DNA of 64,000 nucleotides from Neodothiora populina (Eukaryota): NCBI RefSeq assembly GCF_041146345.1, contig NW_027191411.1, positions 1,240,001 through 1,304,000 of the forward strand. The letters are read 5' to 3'. The stretch's first letter is position 1, and each line of letters begins with the position of its first letter. The notes under the pieces are model-generated. The model worked only from the letters and a program-made list of their open reading frames with translations, made no database searches and was not told where the DNA came from. The position numbers and the translations under genes are program-made. This document shows positions 24,685 to 36,792 of this stretch, one piece after another.

Positions 24685-25418
24685 TCAACTCTTCAATGCT
24701 TCGAGACGTCCCCGCATCTGCGCGAGGAGTTCTTCCTGATCCTCCTCTTCCTCGACGGGCTCTGCTTGGACGGGAGGAATGTCGTCTGGAGTAGCGGCGG
24801 CAGGCATCTTGTCCTTGAGCACCTCGCCCAGAATCTTATCAACCTCGGACTCGGCTTCCTCGTCTTCATCTTCCAACAGGTTGTCGTCCGGCAAGCTGTC
24901 GCCCACCATCTCCTCGATGATTCCGGCTTTGGTAAGCTCCATGCTCAGCTCTCTCATCGTGCCCGTCAACTCCGGCAAGCGCACGAGGGTGTTGACGTCC
25001 TTCATGATACCAACGCTAGCTTTGATGCTGCCCTCGATCTTGCGCACGGAGAAAGCTTCGTTGATCTGCATACCGACACTCTGAAGTTGGGCCTTACTCG
25101 TTGTCAGTCGCGCACCATGCTTGCGCATCTTGATGAGTTCTCTAGCAAAGGCCCTCGTTTCCTGAGCGGCAGACTTGGCCTGGGACGGATTACGTTGCGC
25201 TCGTTTGGCAGCCTGTTGGATAAGATTCTTGGTTTTGTTCTCCAATATCTTGACATTGTTGATCTCGCGATCTAGTTTGCGGGCATTCTGTCGCACTAGA
25301 GTGTTGCATTTTCTTTTCTGCGTTTATCAGATGTGTACATGAGGCATACATAACGAAGGCATGGGCTAACCTGCTCCTCGGGCGTTGGCCCCCAGAGGAA
25401 GGTCTTCACGGATTGCAT
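24685..25418 (-). CDS. VPS24: ESCRT-III subunit Vps24/CHMP3 (Snf7 family)
   Basis: Exons 25418-25371 (MQSVKTFLWGPTPEEQ) and 25317-24685. Motifs SKAQLQSVGMQ and RLPELTGTMRELSMELTKAGIIEEM; C-terminal MIM motif MRGRLEALKS. Confidence 0.9.
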
Positions 25419-26413
25419 ATCGACAGCAGCGTCCCAGCCACGTTCATGACCGAGACCGTCGCTCCACACTCGTGACTTGCTTGATTGGGCGCGCTAGAAG
25501 GTCAAACTGTGCCGCAAGAGGTGGGAAATCGAGAACTATGCAATCAGGAAACTGCAAATGAGCAAAGTATGTGGCACTGTATGGAGTAGTATGTCGTAGC
25601 CTCCAGGGTGTCAATCAATGAAGCTACAAGTAATCTACACCAGGGCTGTCGAGTGTGGAGAGGGCAGCGCTCTATCGATCGCCTTATCAGACTTCCTTCG
25701 GAGGCCAGACATCACATCAAAACAATACCCAGGCAATGACACTTGGCACTCTGGATGCGATGAAACATATTAATCCTACAGACCTCACCTTGAAGATGCA
25801 ACATGCAACACAGTACACGTGAGAGAGCCATACACTTGATATGCATCAGACGCCTCGACCCGTGACAAGATAGAGATATATGTACGATTAGTGAAATGCA
25901 CAAGGATCAGACTCTGACGTCGCCAATCACAATCACGGCGGGGCTGTGGGTGGGAGTGCTTGTGAAAGTGGGCAGCATGTGGCAGGTGCGGGCTCCAAGT
26001 AAGCGGCGCAACCTGAAGCTGCCATTAGGGACCTTTTCCATCACGTCTAGCCTTTGTACTTGAACTTGACTGTATGAACAGAACATTGTTCAGTGTCTCT
26101 TCCATCGCGTCATTGGTAAGTGAGAGCGGAGTGTCTTCGTGTTTTGATACCCATCAACGTCTTGCCTGTCTTCCCTTTCGATTGCTTGTTGGATTCGTTG
26201 ATCTGAACACATACATCATCGCTGGCAGCGCTCTTGCCTTATTTTCCATGCGCTTCTTGCACTTTCTACCGAATGCACCTCTAGTCCATCATCAACTAAC
26301 GAACTTGCAATCAGCTGCCTCTCATTAGCTCCAAAGCTTTTATATTCCTTGGTCGACTTCGTCGTCTTCACTTGACACCTCCAATAATCTGCAAACCCCG
26401 CGCAATTACAAAC

Positions 26414-27276
26414 ATGGAACAGCCCACGAATACCACCGACACCAAGGGTCACAAGGAGATCGTTCCTGAGGGTATGAAAGGCCCTGGACATGGACAAATT
26501 AGAGAAACTCTCTAGCTGACAGTTTCTCAGTCACTTGGGCCCAGCGTTCTTCCAGCTCCGATGCTGAGCGAAACTACGTTTTCCTGACCATCGTCGTACC
26601 GGATGTGCCTGCCGACCAGCTCAAGCTTGATATCCAACCGACCTACCTCGACTTCACCGGATACTCGACCACTCGCAAAGCCACCTACCACGTCAAGCTG
26701 GACTTCTTTGCCGAGATTGACCCCAAGGAATCGAAGACGCATCACAACTCGCGCTCCCTCGAGCTTGTATTGAGGAAGAAGGAGCTCAACGAGGAGTTCT
26801 GGCCGCGTCTGCTGAAGGAGAAGGGCAAGGTTCACTTCCTCAAGACCGACTTCGACAAGTGGGTCGACGAGGACGAGCAAGATGCCGTTCCCGATGACGA
26901 GGACTACATGAGCAGAATGGGTGGTAAGTGCCAAAAGTCCCCGTTGAGGATCAGTCCATGAGCTAACATGATCCTAGGAATGGGCGGTGCAGGCGCAGGC
27001 GCTGGAGGTATGCCTGGTATGGGCGGCATGGGAGGTATGGGCGGTGGTGCCGAAGGTTTCGGTGGCATCGACTTTTCCAAGCTCGGCGGTGCAGGTGGCA
27101 TGCCCGACTTCTCAAACATGGGCGACATGAGCAGCATGCTCGGAAACATGGGCGGCATGGGCGGTGCTGGAGAGGGCGAGTCGGATGACGAGGACGATGA
27201 AGACATGCCGGAGCTCGAGGGCGAGAAAAAGGAGGCAGAGGCCGGCAAGTCGAGCAAGATCGAAGAGGTCGAGTAA
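26414..27276 (+). CDS. SBA1: Hsp90 co-chaperone p23 (Sba1/Wos2), CS domain
   Basis: Exons 26414-26471, 26531-26923, 26978-27276. Motifs PEVTWAQRS, FWPRLLKE and KTDFDKWVDEDEQ, followed by a G/M-rich acidic tail. Confidence 0.93.
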
Positions 27277-27574
27277 ACTCGCTTCCCGAACCATATGATT
27301 CCAAGGGCCCCAGGCGGAAATTCTTTCCACTCCTGTCTGCGCAGCATACGACGCCTCGCTCCACATGACCAGGAAGCGCATCACAATGCTCCAGAAGCCA
27401 TACGACGGTCAACGAAATAGCAAAAGTACCTATTCTAAGACTACCACACGGCGCCCTGATGTTATCATCAAGCTTGACGACCTCCTTTACTCGGCCAGTG
27501 GAGATAGTGTCCGTCTACGGCCCGGAAGTGGATGCATGCAGTAGATGCCACATGATCTTCACATGGATGTTATA

Positions 27575-28560
27575 TTATTTTTGATCGAAATTCATGTTGT
27601 ATCCTCCTGTTCTCTCATCCTTGACGAATTGGAAGTTGTCCGTGTTCAACCCGAAAGGTTTTAAAAGACTGTTCCCGAGACCTTTCAGCTTTGACATCAT
27701 CTCGGCCATCTCCTTTTGTTTGGCATCATCTAATTTGGGTGATATTTCTTGTATCGAAGTTCGCACCGTCTTTCGGTCGAGAGGTGACAGATTGGGTACT
27801 GTCTGGAGGTATGAGTAGTCTATTATTGTGTTAGTATATATTGAAAGTCTAGAAAGAAGTCAGACAAACCCTCGTATGCGCCTTGAAGGGAAGCCCAACC
27901 TCCGGTCTCTGATCTGGCTCTTGCTCTCCTCAAGAACGCCTTGACCCGGATCTTCTGCACATCTTCTCTCGACTTGCCACTCTTGGCCAAAGCCTCGATC
28001 TTCTCGGCAGTCTTATCGTCGACCTCCTCTACGGCATGACTGCTGGGTTGCTGCGTCGCCGTGGCCGAGCGAGGGTCCTGCTGCTTCGGCGCAGGTTTAG
28101 GCAACGGGTCTATCCTCTCGAGCGCATCTATACTCTTGGACGCACTGTCTATGGCCTCCTTCCACTCCTGCAACTTGATGTGACAGGCGGCTATATTCGA
28201 CTGCAGCACGGCGATGTCGTATTCTAGATAGTTCGGACACGCGGCCAGGGCGCGGTCGTAGGTCTGGATCGCTTCACTATAAGATCCATGTGCGAAGAGG
28301 GCATTTCCGGACTGCTTCAGCTCGCTTGACTCGGCGAGCAGCTTCTGTGGTGATACCAACCTCAGCGACCAGAGCAGAAAAGGAGAACACTATATGGCTT
28401 ATTGACCTACTGCTTCCTCTTCTGGAGAGAACTTTGTGTCTTGAGCGGGCGAAGAGTCTACTTGGTCTTTCTTATTGTCATCGTTGTCGTCGGCGTGGTG
28501 CCGTGACTTTGCGGATGTGAAACTCGCGTCATCATCGGACGGATAGTCATCCGAAGTCAT
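27575..28560 (-). CDS. Tetratricopeptide repeat protein 1 (TTC1)-like protein
   Basis: Exons 28560-28411, 28344-27870, 27819-27575. TPRs ([24 protein letters not shown]) and the TTC1-type C-terminus [31 protein letters not shown]. Confidence 0.85.
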
Positions 28561-28976
28561 GCTGACCTTCTTCTAAGGTTGTGGTATAGAGCGGTATACG
28601 GTACAGTATGCGAGTAAGAATGTGGAGCTGGTCGACTTTAGTTGGTGGATTGACAACAGAGCGTGACGTCGTTTCGCCAATTACAGTAAAGTGAGATATC
28701 AGTGCGTTTGATCTACTCTACTGTACCTGATGGTACAACTTCAACTTATCTTACTTTGTTCATTCGATTATGACATGTACTTGTCTCTGGATGTCTCCCT
28801 CGGATCGCACGTGAGCCTCGAATTCCAGAGATAGAATCGCAGACTCACCCCAATTGCGAGTCTGAACTCGACATACATCAGCGCATAACATCAACATTGG
28901 CTTCAAAAGTGGCTCACGACCCACTCGTGTCATTCCCTTGAATCGATGTACTGTAAAATCAAATAAGTAAGACGAC

Positions 28977-30205
28977 ATGACATCGAACAACAGCAACAAC
29001 AACAACAACGCGGTGAGCGCGGCCTCATCGGGCAACTCGACCCCGAATGCACGCTTTGTATCGCAGAACACAGCCGCCGAGGACTTGCTCAAGTCGCAAA
29101 CGGTCGGTCTTGTTCATCTCGACGACTTTCGCAAACGACGCGCAGAAGCAATCGACGTCGAGCTTGGTGCACCGTCAGGCAGCGGAGGTTCAATGTAATT
29201 TGCCATTTCATCCACTATCACGTGCAGAAAGAGGCTAATCGGCCAAGTTCAGAAACCCAGTGTTCAAAAAGAAGAAACGCAAGACTGTCAAAAAGGGCGC
29301 TCTCTCCTTCGACCATGGCCAAGATGAGAGTGAGGTAGCACCGCCGGACAGTAGCAGAGACCAGTCAGAGTCTCCTGGTGCTACTGCTGCAACTCCCACT
29401 TCTGAGGCCGAGTCCGATGTCCCTACCAAGAAGCGACTCGCAGCAAACACGAACGTGGGATTCCAGGCCAAGTCTATGAGCAAGAGCGCCTTGCTGCGGG
29501 AGACGCAAGCAAAGGAGCAGTTGCGCAAGGCTTTCCTTCTCATGCAAGAGCGCGTCAAGGCGACCGACTTCATGATTCCGTTTGTTTTCTATGCAGGAAA
29601 AGATTACCCAGGCGGCGCTTGTCGCATGAAGAAGGGCGATCTCGTCTGGCTGTTCCTGGATCGCGCGCGCAAGGTCGGCGCCGAAGTGTCCAACAGCGAC
29701 CGCAGCAGAAAGGAATGGGCGCGCGTAAGCGTCGACGATCTGATGCTTGTGAGAGGTGATCTCATCATACCACACGTGAGTTGACTCCTTCTTTCGCCTT
29801 GGCTCAGCGACTGACCCAAACCAGCACTACGAGTTCTACCATTTCATGCTGAACAAAACAATCGGCTACGACGGCGTCCTGTTTCCATACTCAGCAGAGC
29901 CCACCGCCGCCAGTCCCGCAGACACAGGGGTCGCCTCTACGCCCGGTGGCCTGTCTGTACCCGATCCATCTACCCAGGCAGCTGCCAAAGCGGCATCCGC
30001 TCAACCACCCACTGTTCCTGATGCTGAACTTGAGGGGTTCGACACACCCGCGTCACTGACAAAAGTAGTCGACCGCCGTTGGTACGAAAAGAACAAGCAC
30101 ATATATCCCGCGAGCACCTGGGAGGAATTCGACCCGACTAGGGACTACAGCACTGGCATACGCAAGGACACTCAGGGCAATGCCTTTTTCTTCTCGCGAC
30201 GATGA
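28977..30205 (+). CDS. FAM50/XAP5 family nuclear protein
   Basis: Exons 28977-29194, 29253-29775, 29825-30205. Motifs LKSQTVGLVHLDDFRKRR, SVDDLMLVRGDLIIPHHYEFY and KVVDRRWYEKNKHIYPASTWEEFDP. Confidence 0.9.
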
Positions 30206-31590
30206 TTCGGTTTCGATCAGACCAGCACGAAAGATCGTATCATACCGTGCCGTGCCTTGGACTCTTTCTTCACAGGACCCTCAAATCGAAGTGCACAGAA
30301 CGGCTTGTGTCGAGATTGCTTGAATATCAGGCCACCATCAATGAGAGTCGTACGACGATGAAAAAAGTTTACACATATCAAGTCTTCTGGCCAACCACAG
30401 CAACCGGACTTCCCGTGACCGCCTTGTCCTCACACAGCTTCACCGTGATTGAAGCTCGTCTCACTGCCACGCGCCTCACAGCCGCGACTCAAACTTCATG
30501 GCCACGGAGAATCACGACATCAGACCTCACTTCCATCCGTAGCTGATCCGGCTATTTCCACCAATTGATATCACTGTGCATCGGGATAGAGCGGTTGATG
30601 GGATGGACATACACCTTCATCCTTGACTCTTCACCGATCAACTCCGTCTTCGCATATCTCCCCACAAAGGACACTCGTAAGCTGGGCTTACGAAAGATGA
30701 TTGATTGATTGAAGGATGTATATCTGGCTTGGAGCCCCCACGCGAATAAAAACTCAGGCGGGAGAAGGGGGATTTGGCTGTCAAAGACGCATGATGTTGC
30801 ATTGTATCGTATTGTATCGCGATAAGCAGAGAGTATAGGAAGGAAACGGAAGAGAAAGAAGAATGGAAGGAAGAGGATAAGCAACTCAATCCCGGCTCAG
30901 TATCTGAACCACCTTAGTCATCCAAAGACGTCAAAGGGAAAACAGGGGAGCAGGATATATCCTAGACCTCCATCACTCAGCAGACCGTGACGCTTCTCCG
31001 TTCACATCACCAGTGGAACACCTCTTCACTTATCGCCTATCAGAAAGCAAGCATTGAAAGAAATCGCAATGACATGTTTTTAACGTTTCCAAGAGGGACC
31101 CTGTCTTGTGATTGAGGACCATCGACAGACAATCTGTAGGAATCAACTGCGCAACTAAAATGAACTTTTGGAGAATCGAAAGGTTTTCTTTGCGCTGTGC
31201 TACCCTAGTCCTCTTATGTGACAGGTATAACTCTTGTGTACACAATAGAAATACTTGGGGATTAATGCTCGTTTAGCATGAATCTTTGTATCTCTGTATC
31301 CTGGGTGGTTTTCGGATCTGTCCATTCATAGATGAGGCAGAGTGGGATAAGAGATGAGGTGATAAGTTGTTCTTTTCTTTTCTTTCTCCCGTCTCTTCTT
31401 CTTTCTCTTGTTCTTCTCTTCTATTCGAGTTGATATCATCAGTTCACCAAGATGGCAAACCACATGCAGGCGATCACGTTACACACGCATAGCACCAGCA
31501 GCATCGATAGCAACAGCAGCAACAGCAGCAGTATCAGCATCAGAAGATGCAGAAAAACATCCCCCCTCAAGTGAGGTATCCATGTCCCAT

Positions 31591-32898
31591 CTATATACCA
31601 AGCCACAGCTTCGCCCTCTCATAGACATAGAAACTGACCGCGACCATGGGGATGACCTTGACATAACCAATGCCCAAGCCGACGAAAAACCCCTTCGGCC
31701 CGGCCTGTCTGTATATTGTGCCCGCGACCTCGCCCATGGTCAGTCTGTGGCCGTCGCCAACCACGCCGCCGACTTGCATGCGCCGCCGGATGACTTCTAG
31801 CGGGTACGACAGGGTCTGCGACACGAAGCCTGCGAGGCCGCCGGTTGCGAGCTCCGCCCATGAGCGTAGCGGGACGGGCTTGTTGGGGTTTCGAGGCGTG
31901 GATGACTGTGATTCCGGGAGGGTCGTGTATTTTGCTATTCGCGGGTGACGCATCAGGTCGCCTGCTGTGTCGTGGGTGAGGAAGGAGGAGCCGGCGTAGG
32001 GCAGCATGCCGCAGAGCGTGGGAGCGAAGCCGCGGAAGAAGTTTGCTAGCCCTGAGGTCGGCGTCACTTTCGCGAGGGTTTGTGATGTTGCGGTCAACGT
32101 GTTTGCCACGGCGCGAGTCGGGGATGAGATGTCTACCGGCGCGGTGTGGTTTACTGCTACCGTCGGCGGCCGTTCGTGGTAGATGATTCGGCATATGTCG
32201 ACTAGCGATGCGCGTTGTTTCGTCTTCGTCTCAAAGGCCAGCCGCACTCGGATGAGCTCGAGTGGATAGGTGCAGAAGACAGATACCGTGCCGGCCAGAC
32301 TGCCACTGAAGAATCGACGCACTGAGGTCTCTTGCGTCTTGTCGGGGATGAGGAATGCGCGAACCTGCTCGTAGGCTAAGAACTTGATGCCAGCATAAGG
32401 AAAGATACGCAGTAAAGTCGCGGAATGCCCCCGAAACAAGCCCCTCGGTCCTTCTGTCGAGTAAATGTCGCGCATGGCTTTTATCACTCCGAACCAGGAG
32501 CCAGTGTATTTTGCAAATTGGGGGTTCGAGGCCTGGAACAAGATCTTGACCCGATCTAGAGGGCCGACCGCGGTTTTGGCCTGCGTGAATCAGTCAATAC
32601 TTGAAAATAAGCAATCATAGCAGAGAGATCATACAGCACAACCTGCTAGTCCACCAGCAAGACCACTTCGCATAACATAATTCCAGGACTGTTTATCGAC
32701 GACCTGTCTCGTCTCAAGCTCCGGCGCCCGCGATGAAGAAGAAGACGATGAGGATGCATGATGAGTGGAGAAGACGGATGATTTTTCAATCTCCCGACTC
32801 GGTGATGTCGTCGTACTGGTCATGTTCTGGTTGCTGTTGCTGTGGCTGTTCATGCCACTGTCCTGGGCATTATTGCCAATGACGATGCTCGCGGGCAT
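31591..32898 (-). CDS. LEU5: Mitochondrial carrier, CoA transporter Leu5-like
   Basis: Exons about 32898-32635 and 32580-31591 (start codon uncertain). RSGLAGGLAGCAAKT..PLDRVKILFQ, three Px[DE]xx[KR] carrier motifs, GHSATLLRIFPYA. Confidence 0.88.
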
Positions 32899-33743
32899 CT
32901 ACGATAATCGCCTACTGTTGTCCTAGGACATCCAGGACCCGAGCTACGATTTCCCCCCTCCTGGTAGTATAGAGCCCAGGCAAACAAGACTTGACAGACT
33001 TTCGATGTGAATTGTGTCTTGCGCTAGGAAGGTGTGGAGGCGGGTGGTAGGAATGAGGTAATAATGCGGAGGACGACAGCAATAATGATGATGTTGGTGC
33101 TTTAGACCGGGGCAACGATGTGGACAGACTGACACAGTGAAATACAAGAATGTTCCTTATGAAAAGAGTGCAGAAATGTATAGGTGGGGTAGGAGATGGT
33201 CTGGAAGTAGGTCAGGTACCTCGAAATGCACTGTATATCGTCACGTTTGCCCGTGGGGTCGTTCTGAGGCACGATTCTACAGTAAGGTACTTACAGTAAT
33301 ACTCGATACTCGCTGCACTGTACCAAGTTGGAATTAAAGAAACTCTTAATTCCTTAGATGCGTCCTTCTAAAGCCGAGGCTATCACCGCTGCTTTAGCCC
33401 TTCCGAAGTCTTCGTCGTTCCGGATGTCGAGTCGTTCACGGTCCACCGGTGGTCAGCTTCTCCGATGCTTTTTCATTGGTTCGCCTAGCCATCTTCTATA
33501 ATTTAAATGCTCATGCTTGCCTTTGGACAATAATTGATCATACAGTAGTGATATAGACCACACAGACGCGGAGTTGTCGTGGCAGGAGTACATCGCTGAT
33601 GGTCAGTAGCTGCTCTCAGCCTTCTCGAGCAATGTACTTGAGATTCTGACCCTGTCCATCCTGTGAAGACGGGGGTGGGACTTCCATTCACGGAGTCTGT
33701 GTGCATTTCGAATGGGCCGTCGCAGATTGCCTTCTTTTAGTCC

Positions 33744-35162
33744 ATGGCTTCTCCGTCAGGTCTGTCCGAGCCACCTCCCGCGATTACAGAAAGGCAAAAA
33801 GTGCCGTCGTGTATACTGTGGCAGGATGATAATATAACTCTGATCGATATCCCGCAGTCCATTGCTGCCGCTCAAGGCATTCCAGAGCGACCATGTCAGC
33901 GCACGCTGCGTTCATGCGAGCCCCTGGACAAGCCCTTCACTTCCAATGAACCAAAATCAAAAGCCGCCTACGAGAAGTTAAAGGCTAAAATGGGCACTGA
34001 ATTTGATCAGCTGTACACAGATGTCATTTCCCAGGCCCTCTTAAAACTTCAGAGCAATCATCATCAAGACTGGTGTTTGCCTCGCGCGATTGCCTATCAG
34101 CCAAGCCTCAGTGGGACGAAACGCAAAGCAAGTGAGGTGCACAACGACTCATCAGACCGCAGCGCTAGACTTGGTCAACGGGAGTCTCCAGAAGCTTCAG
34201 AGCATTATCATGCTGTGAATACAGATGATGAAGTCGACTTGCCGACCATTCTGAAGCATCTTGCCGCCGCAGAGGAAAAAGCGCCTCAAGTGAAGCAGTT
34301 GAACCTACGCTGGGTCAAGGAAGTTGATCAAGAAGACTGCGAGCATCAACATTCCTCCAAAGATAGTTGTCATTGTCACGAGATCACTGAGCCTTGGGAC
34401 CATCATATCTCCAACTCTGCTCGACACCCTCGGAAACTGCAAGTATCATCGAGTGAATACAAACCAACCAACTTCATCATTCCCCCTGGAGCTTCTTTCT
34501 ATCATGCTGATTGCGCACTGTCGATGCCTTTCCACACTGCGGTTCGAAAACAAGCACGAAGCGAACAGACTGCTTCTCGCTTCGAATGCATAGTGATTGA
34601 TCCGCCCTGGCCGAACTCGTCGGTATCACGAGCCCGGCGGTCTGGCTATGTCACTGCACCTACCATGTGGGACATACGCCAAATGGTTTTCGACATGGAC
34701 ATCGATGTTCTGCTTGCCGACAATGGCCTTATAGCTGTTTGGATCACGAATAAGCCCGCGGTCAGGAATCTCGTGCTCGGCGAAGATGGATTTTTCGAAA
34801 GCTGGGGAGTCACTCTTGAAGAAGAGTGGCTGTGGGTTAAAACCACTCGCTCGGGAGTTCCGGTCTCACCGCTCAATGCACTATGGAGGAAGCCCTATGA
34901 AGTCCTATTATTGGGGCGCAAGCAACCGCGCGAACAACCCAACGATGACAGCGACAGTCAAAGCATCAGGAGACGAGTCATTGCTGGAGTGCCAGACCTG
35001 CATTCAAGAAAGCCGTGCTTGAAGGAGTTGATTGACCCGTTGATGCCCAGACATTCGAATGGGAGGACCTTGGAGGTATTTGCAAGATATCTTATCGCAG
35101 ACTGGTGGTCTTGGGGCAACGAAACCCTGAAGTTCAATCATGAGCGCTGCTGGATTTGTTAG
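33744..35162 (+). CDS. MT-A70 family N6-adenine methyltransferase, METTL4-like
   Basis: Catalytic IVIDPPW motif, AVWITNK, EEWLWVKTT, RKPYE, HSRKP and LEVFARYL..WWSWGNE; N-terminal LIDIPQSI motif. Confidence 0.88.
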   Translation: MASPSGLSEPPPAITERQKVPSCILWQDDNITLIDIPQSIAAAQGIPERPCQRTLRSCEPLDKPFTSNEPKSKAAYEKLKAKMGTEFDQLYTDVISQALLKLQSNHHQDWCLPRAIAYQPSLSGTKRKASEVHNDSSDRSARLGQRESPEASEHYHAVNTDDEVDLPTILKHLAAAEEKAPQVKQLNLRWVKEVDQEDCEHQHSSKDSCHCHEITEPWDHHISNSARHPRKLQVSSSEYKPTNFIIPPGASFYHADCALSMPFHTAVRKQARSEQTASRFECIVIDPPWPNSSVSRARRSGYVTAPTMWDIRQMVFDMDIDVLLADNGLIAVWITNKPAVRNLVLGEDGFFESWGVTLEEEWLWVKTTRSGVPVSPLNALWRKPYEVLLLGRKQPREQPNDDSDSQSIRRRVIAGVPDLHSRKPCLKELIDPLMPRHSNGRTLEVFARYLIADWWSWGNETLKFNHERCWIC

Positions 35163-36792
35163 AGCGTCCGAGCCAAAGTCCGAGATGTTGTTATCGTTAT
35201 GGCGAAACTGCGAAACAACGAAAACAAGTGATGAAACCACCGAGACATGACTCTCCAAACGTCAACTCCTGATGCTGTAACCATGGACTACGGGGTATCT
35301 TCATTACAGAACCCAACCGTGATAATAGCGCAATCTCCCAGCCAAAATACGACGTTACCGTTATTGAAGTGCAATGCCTTCGTGACATTGTCTTATCACA
35401 CGAGCAGAGGTGAGCAAATGGATCTAAAGAAAGAATCCTCGGCCAGTATTTGCGCTCGTATCTGTGAGCGTAAATCCTCTAGCGCAGGGCTGCTCCCTCA
35501 ATGTCCATAATTAATTGCAATGACGGTGGCCTAGACGGTGTTATGCCGGATTTCCTGCCACCGCCTTTGCCCGCTAACTCCATTGCGAACCACCTTCTTT
35601 TACGGTAGGTCGGCAATTTTTTGCGGCCCACATGGGTGCGCCATCCGTGCATGTGAAGAGCGAATGACGTCTTTGGATATCTTGGGAGGGTGAGATGGAC
35701 AAAATTGCATCTTAATGTAAATCATGACATAGTTAACCGCTTCTGGCAATGGGTCCGACCCATGGATGTGAGGGTTATTCTTACATATCTGGCCTTTTTT
35801 GCTCAAAGCTGCGGAGAAAATACTGGGTCCGGTATGCAGTAATTGTGGAATTGTGGATGCTCGCTTGCTGGCTTTGTCTGCGACAGCCGACCCATCACAC
35901 GAAAGCGCGTCGGAAAGTCCGTGTCGTTCACAAATCACGCTGTAGCCCGACTCCTTCCGATCCTTGTGCTGTCATAGCTAAGTCTGTTACAGGAGGACTC
36001 CACCATGGTCGACATGGGAGATTAGCAATGATGGTTGAGTTGTTATTGAGCCAGCATCCACTACCGTCAGTGATAGACGCTATGCAGCAGACAGCGAATG
36101 CGAAAAAGGGATGATCTCGACGACGACGTCAAAAAGTCCTGATCTGGTGAAAGGGGATCTCCCACCCGAGAGTGTTAGGCCTCACCCCCTTTTCACCCTA
36201 TGTGCCTATATTCCATTGGAGAGTTGTGGTTGCGACACATCAACAAACAACATGTCGCAAGTCGAGTCATGCTGACAGCGGCCCATATTTTCGCATTATC
36301 GCATGTAACAGCGCAAATATCTGGCTGCGCTATGGTTGGCCCCCTTCAAGGGTCACAGCTCGGACGTTTGGTTTGAGGATAGGCCAAGATTAACGGTGGC
36401 CCTTCGTGCCGTATTGCGCCCGAGCGTTTTTTAAAAAAGCTCGTTCCGCTAACTACCACCTTGGTGTCGATCTCACTTCAAGATTAGCAGCGGGACCCAC
36501 GGGTGTCCCACACCGAGTGTTCGCCTACCATGTTCACTTCGACTTGCCATATATACGCCCGTCCCCTGTTGATTGGGGGTGGAACTCCCCCATCAGCAGT
36601 CAGCCTTCAAGATCCACCTGATAACTAGCCCTTGCTCGTGACCTCTAGGTCTGCTGGTCCAGCCAGTCCTCACATTAGACAGACATTCACCCCGAATCGA
36701 GCATCTTGCTATTCGAATGTCTATAGCCCTTATCTCAGCAATTTCGGCGCCAGCTATTACTGCCTTTTCGCCTTGCAGCGACGCACTTCACG

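Noticed and set aside
26139..26210. GTGTT..CTGAACAC stem in the putative SBA1 leader intron as a snoRNA
   Set aside because: The best box C candidate (TTGATAC) is too degenerate.
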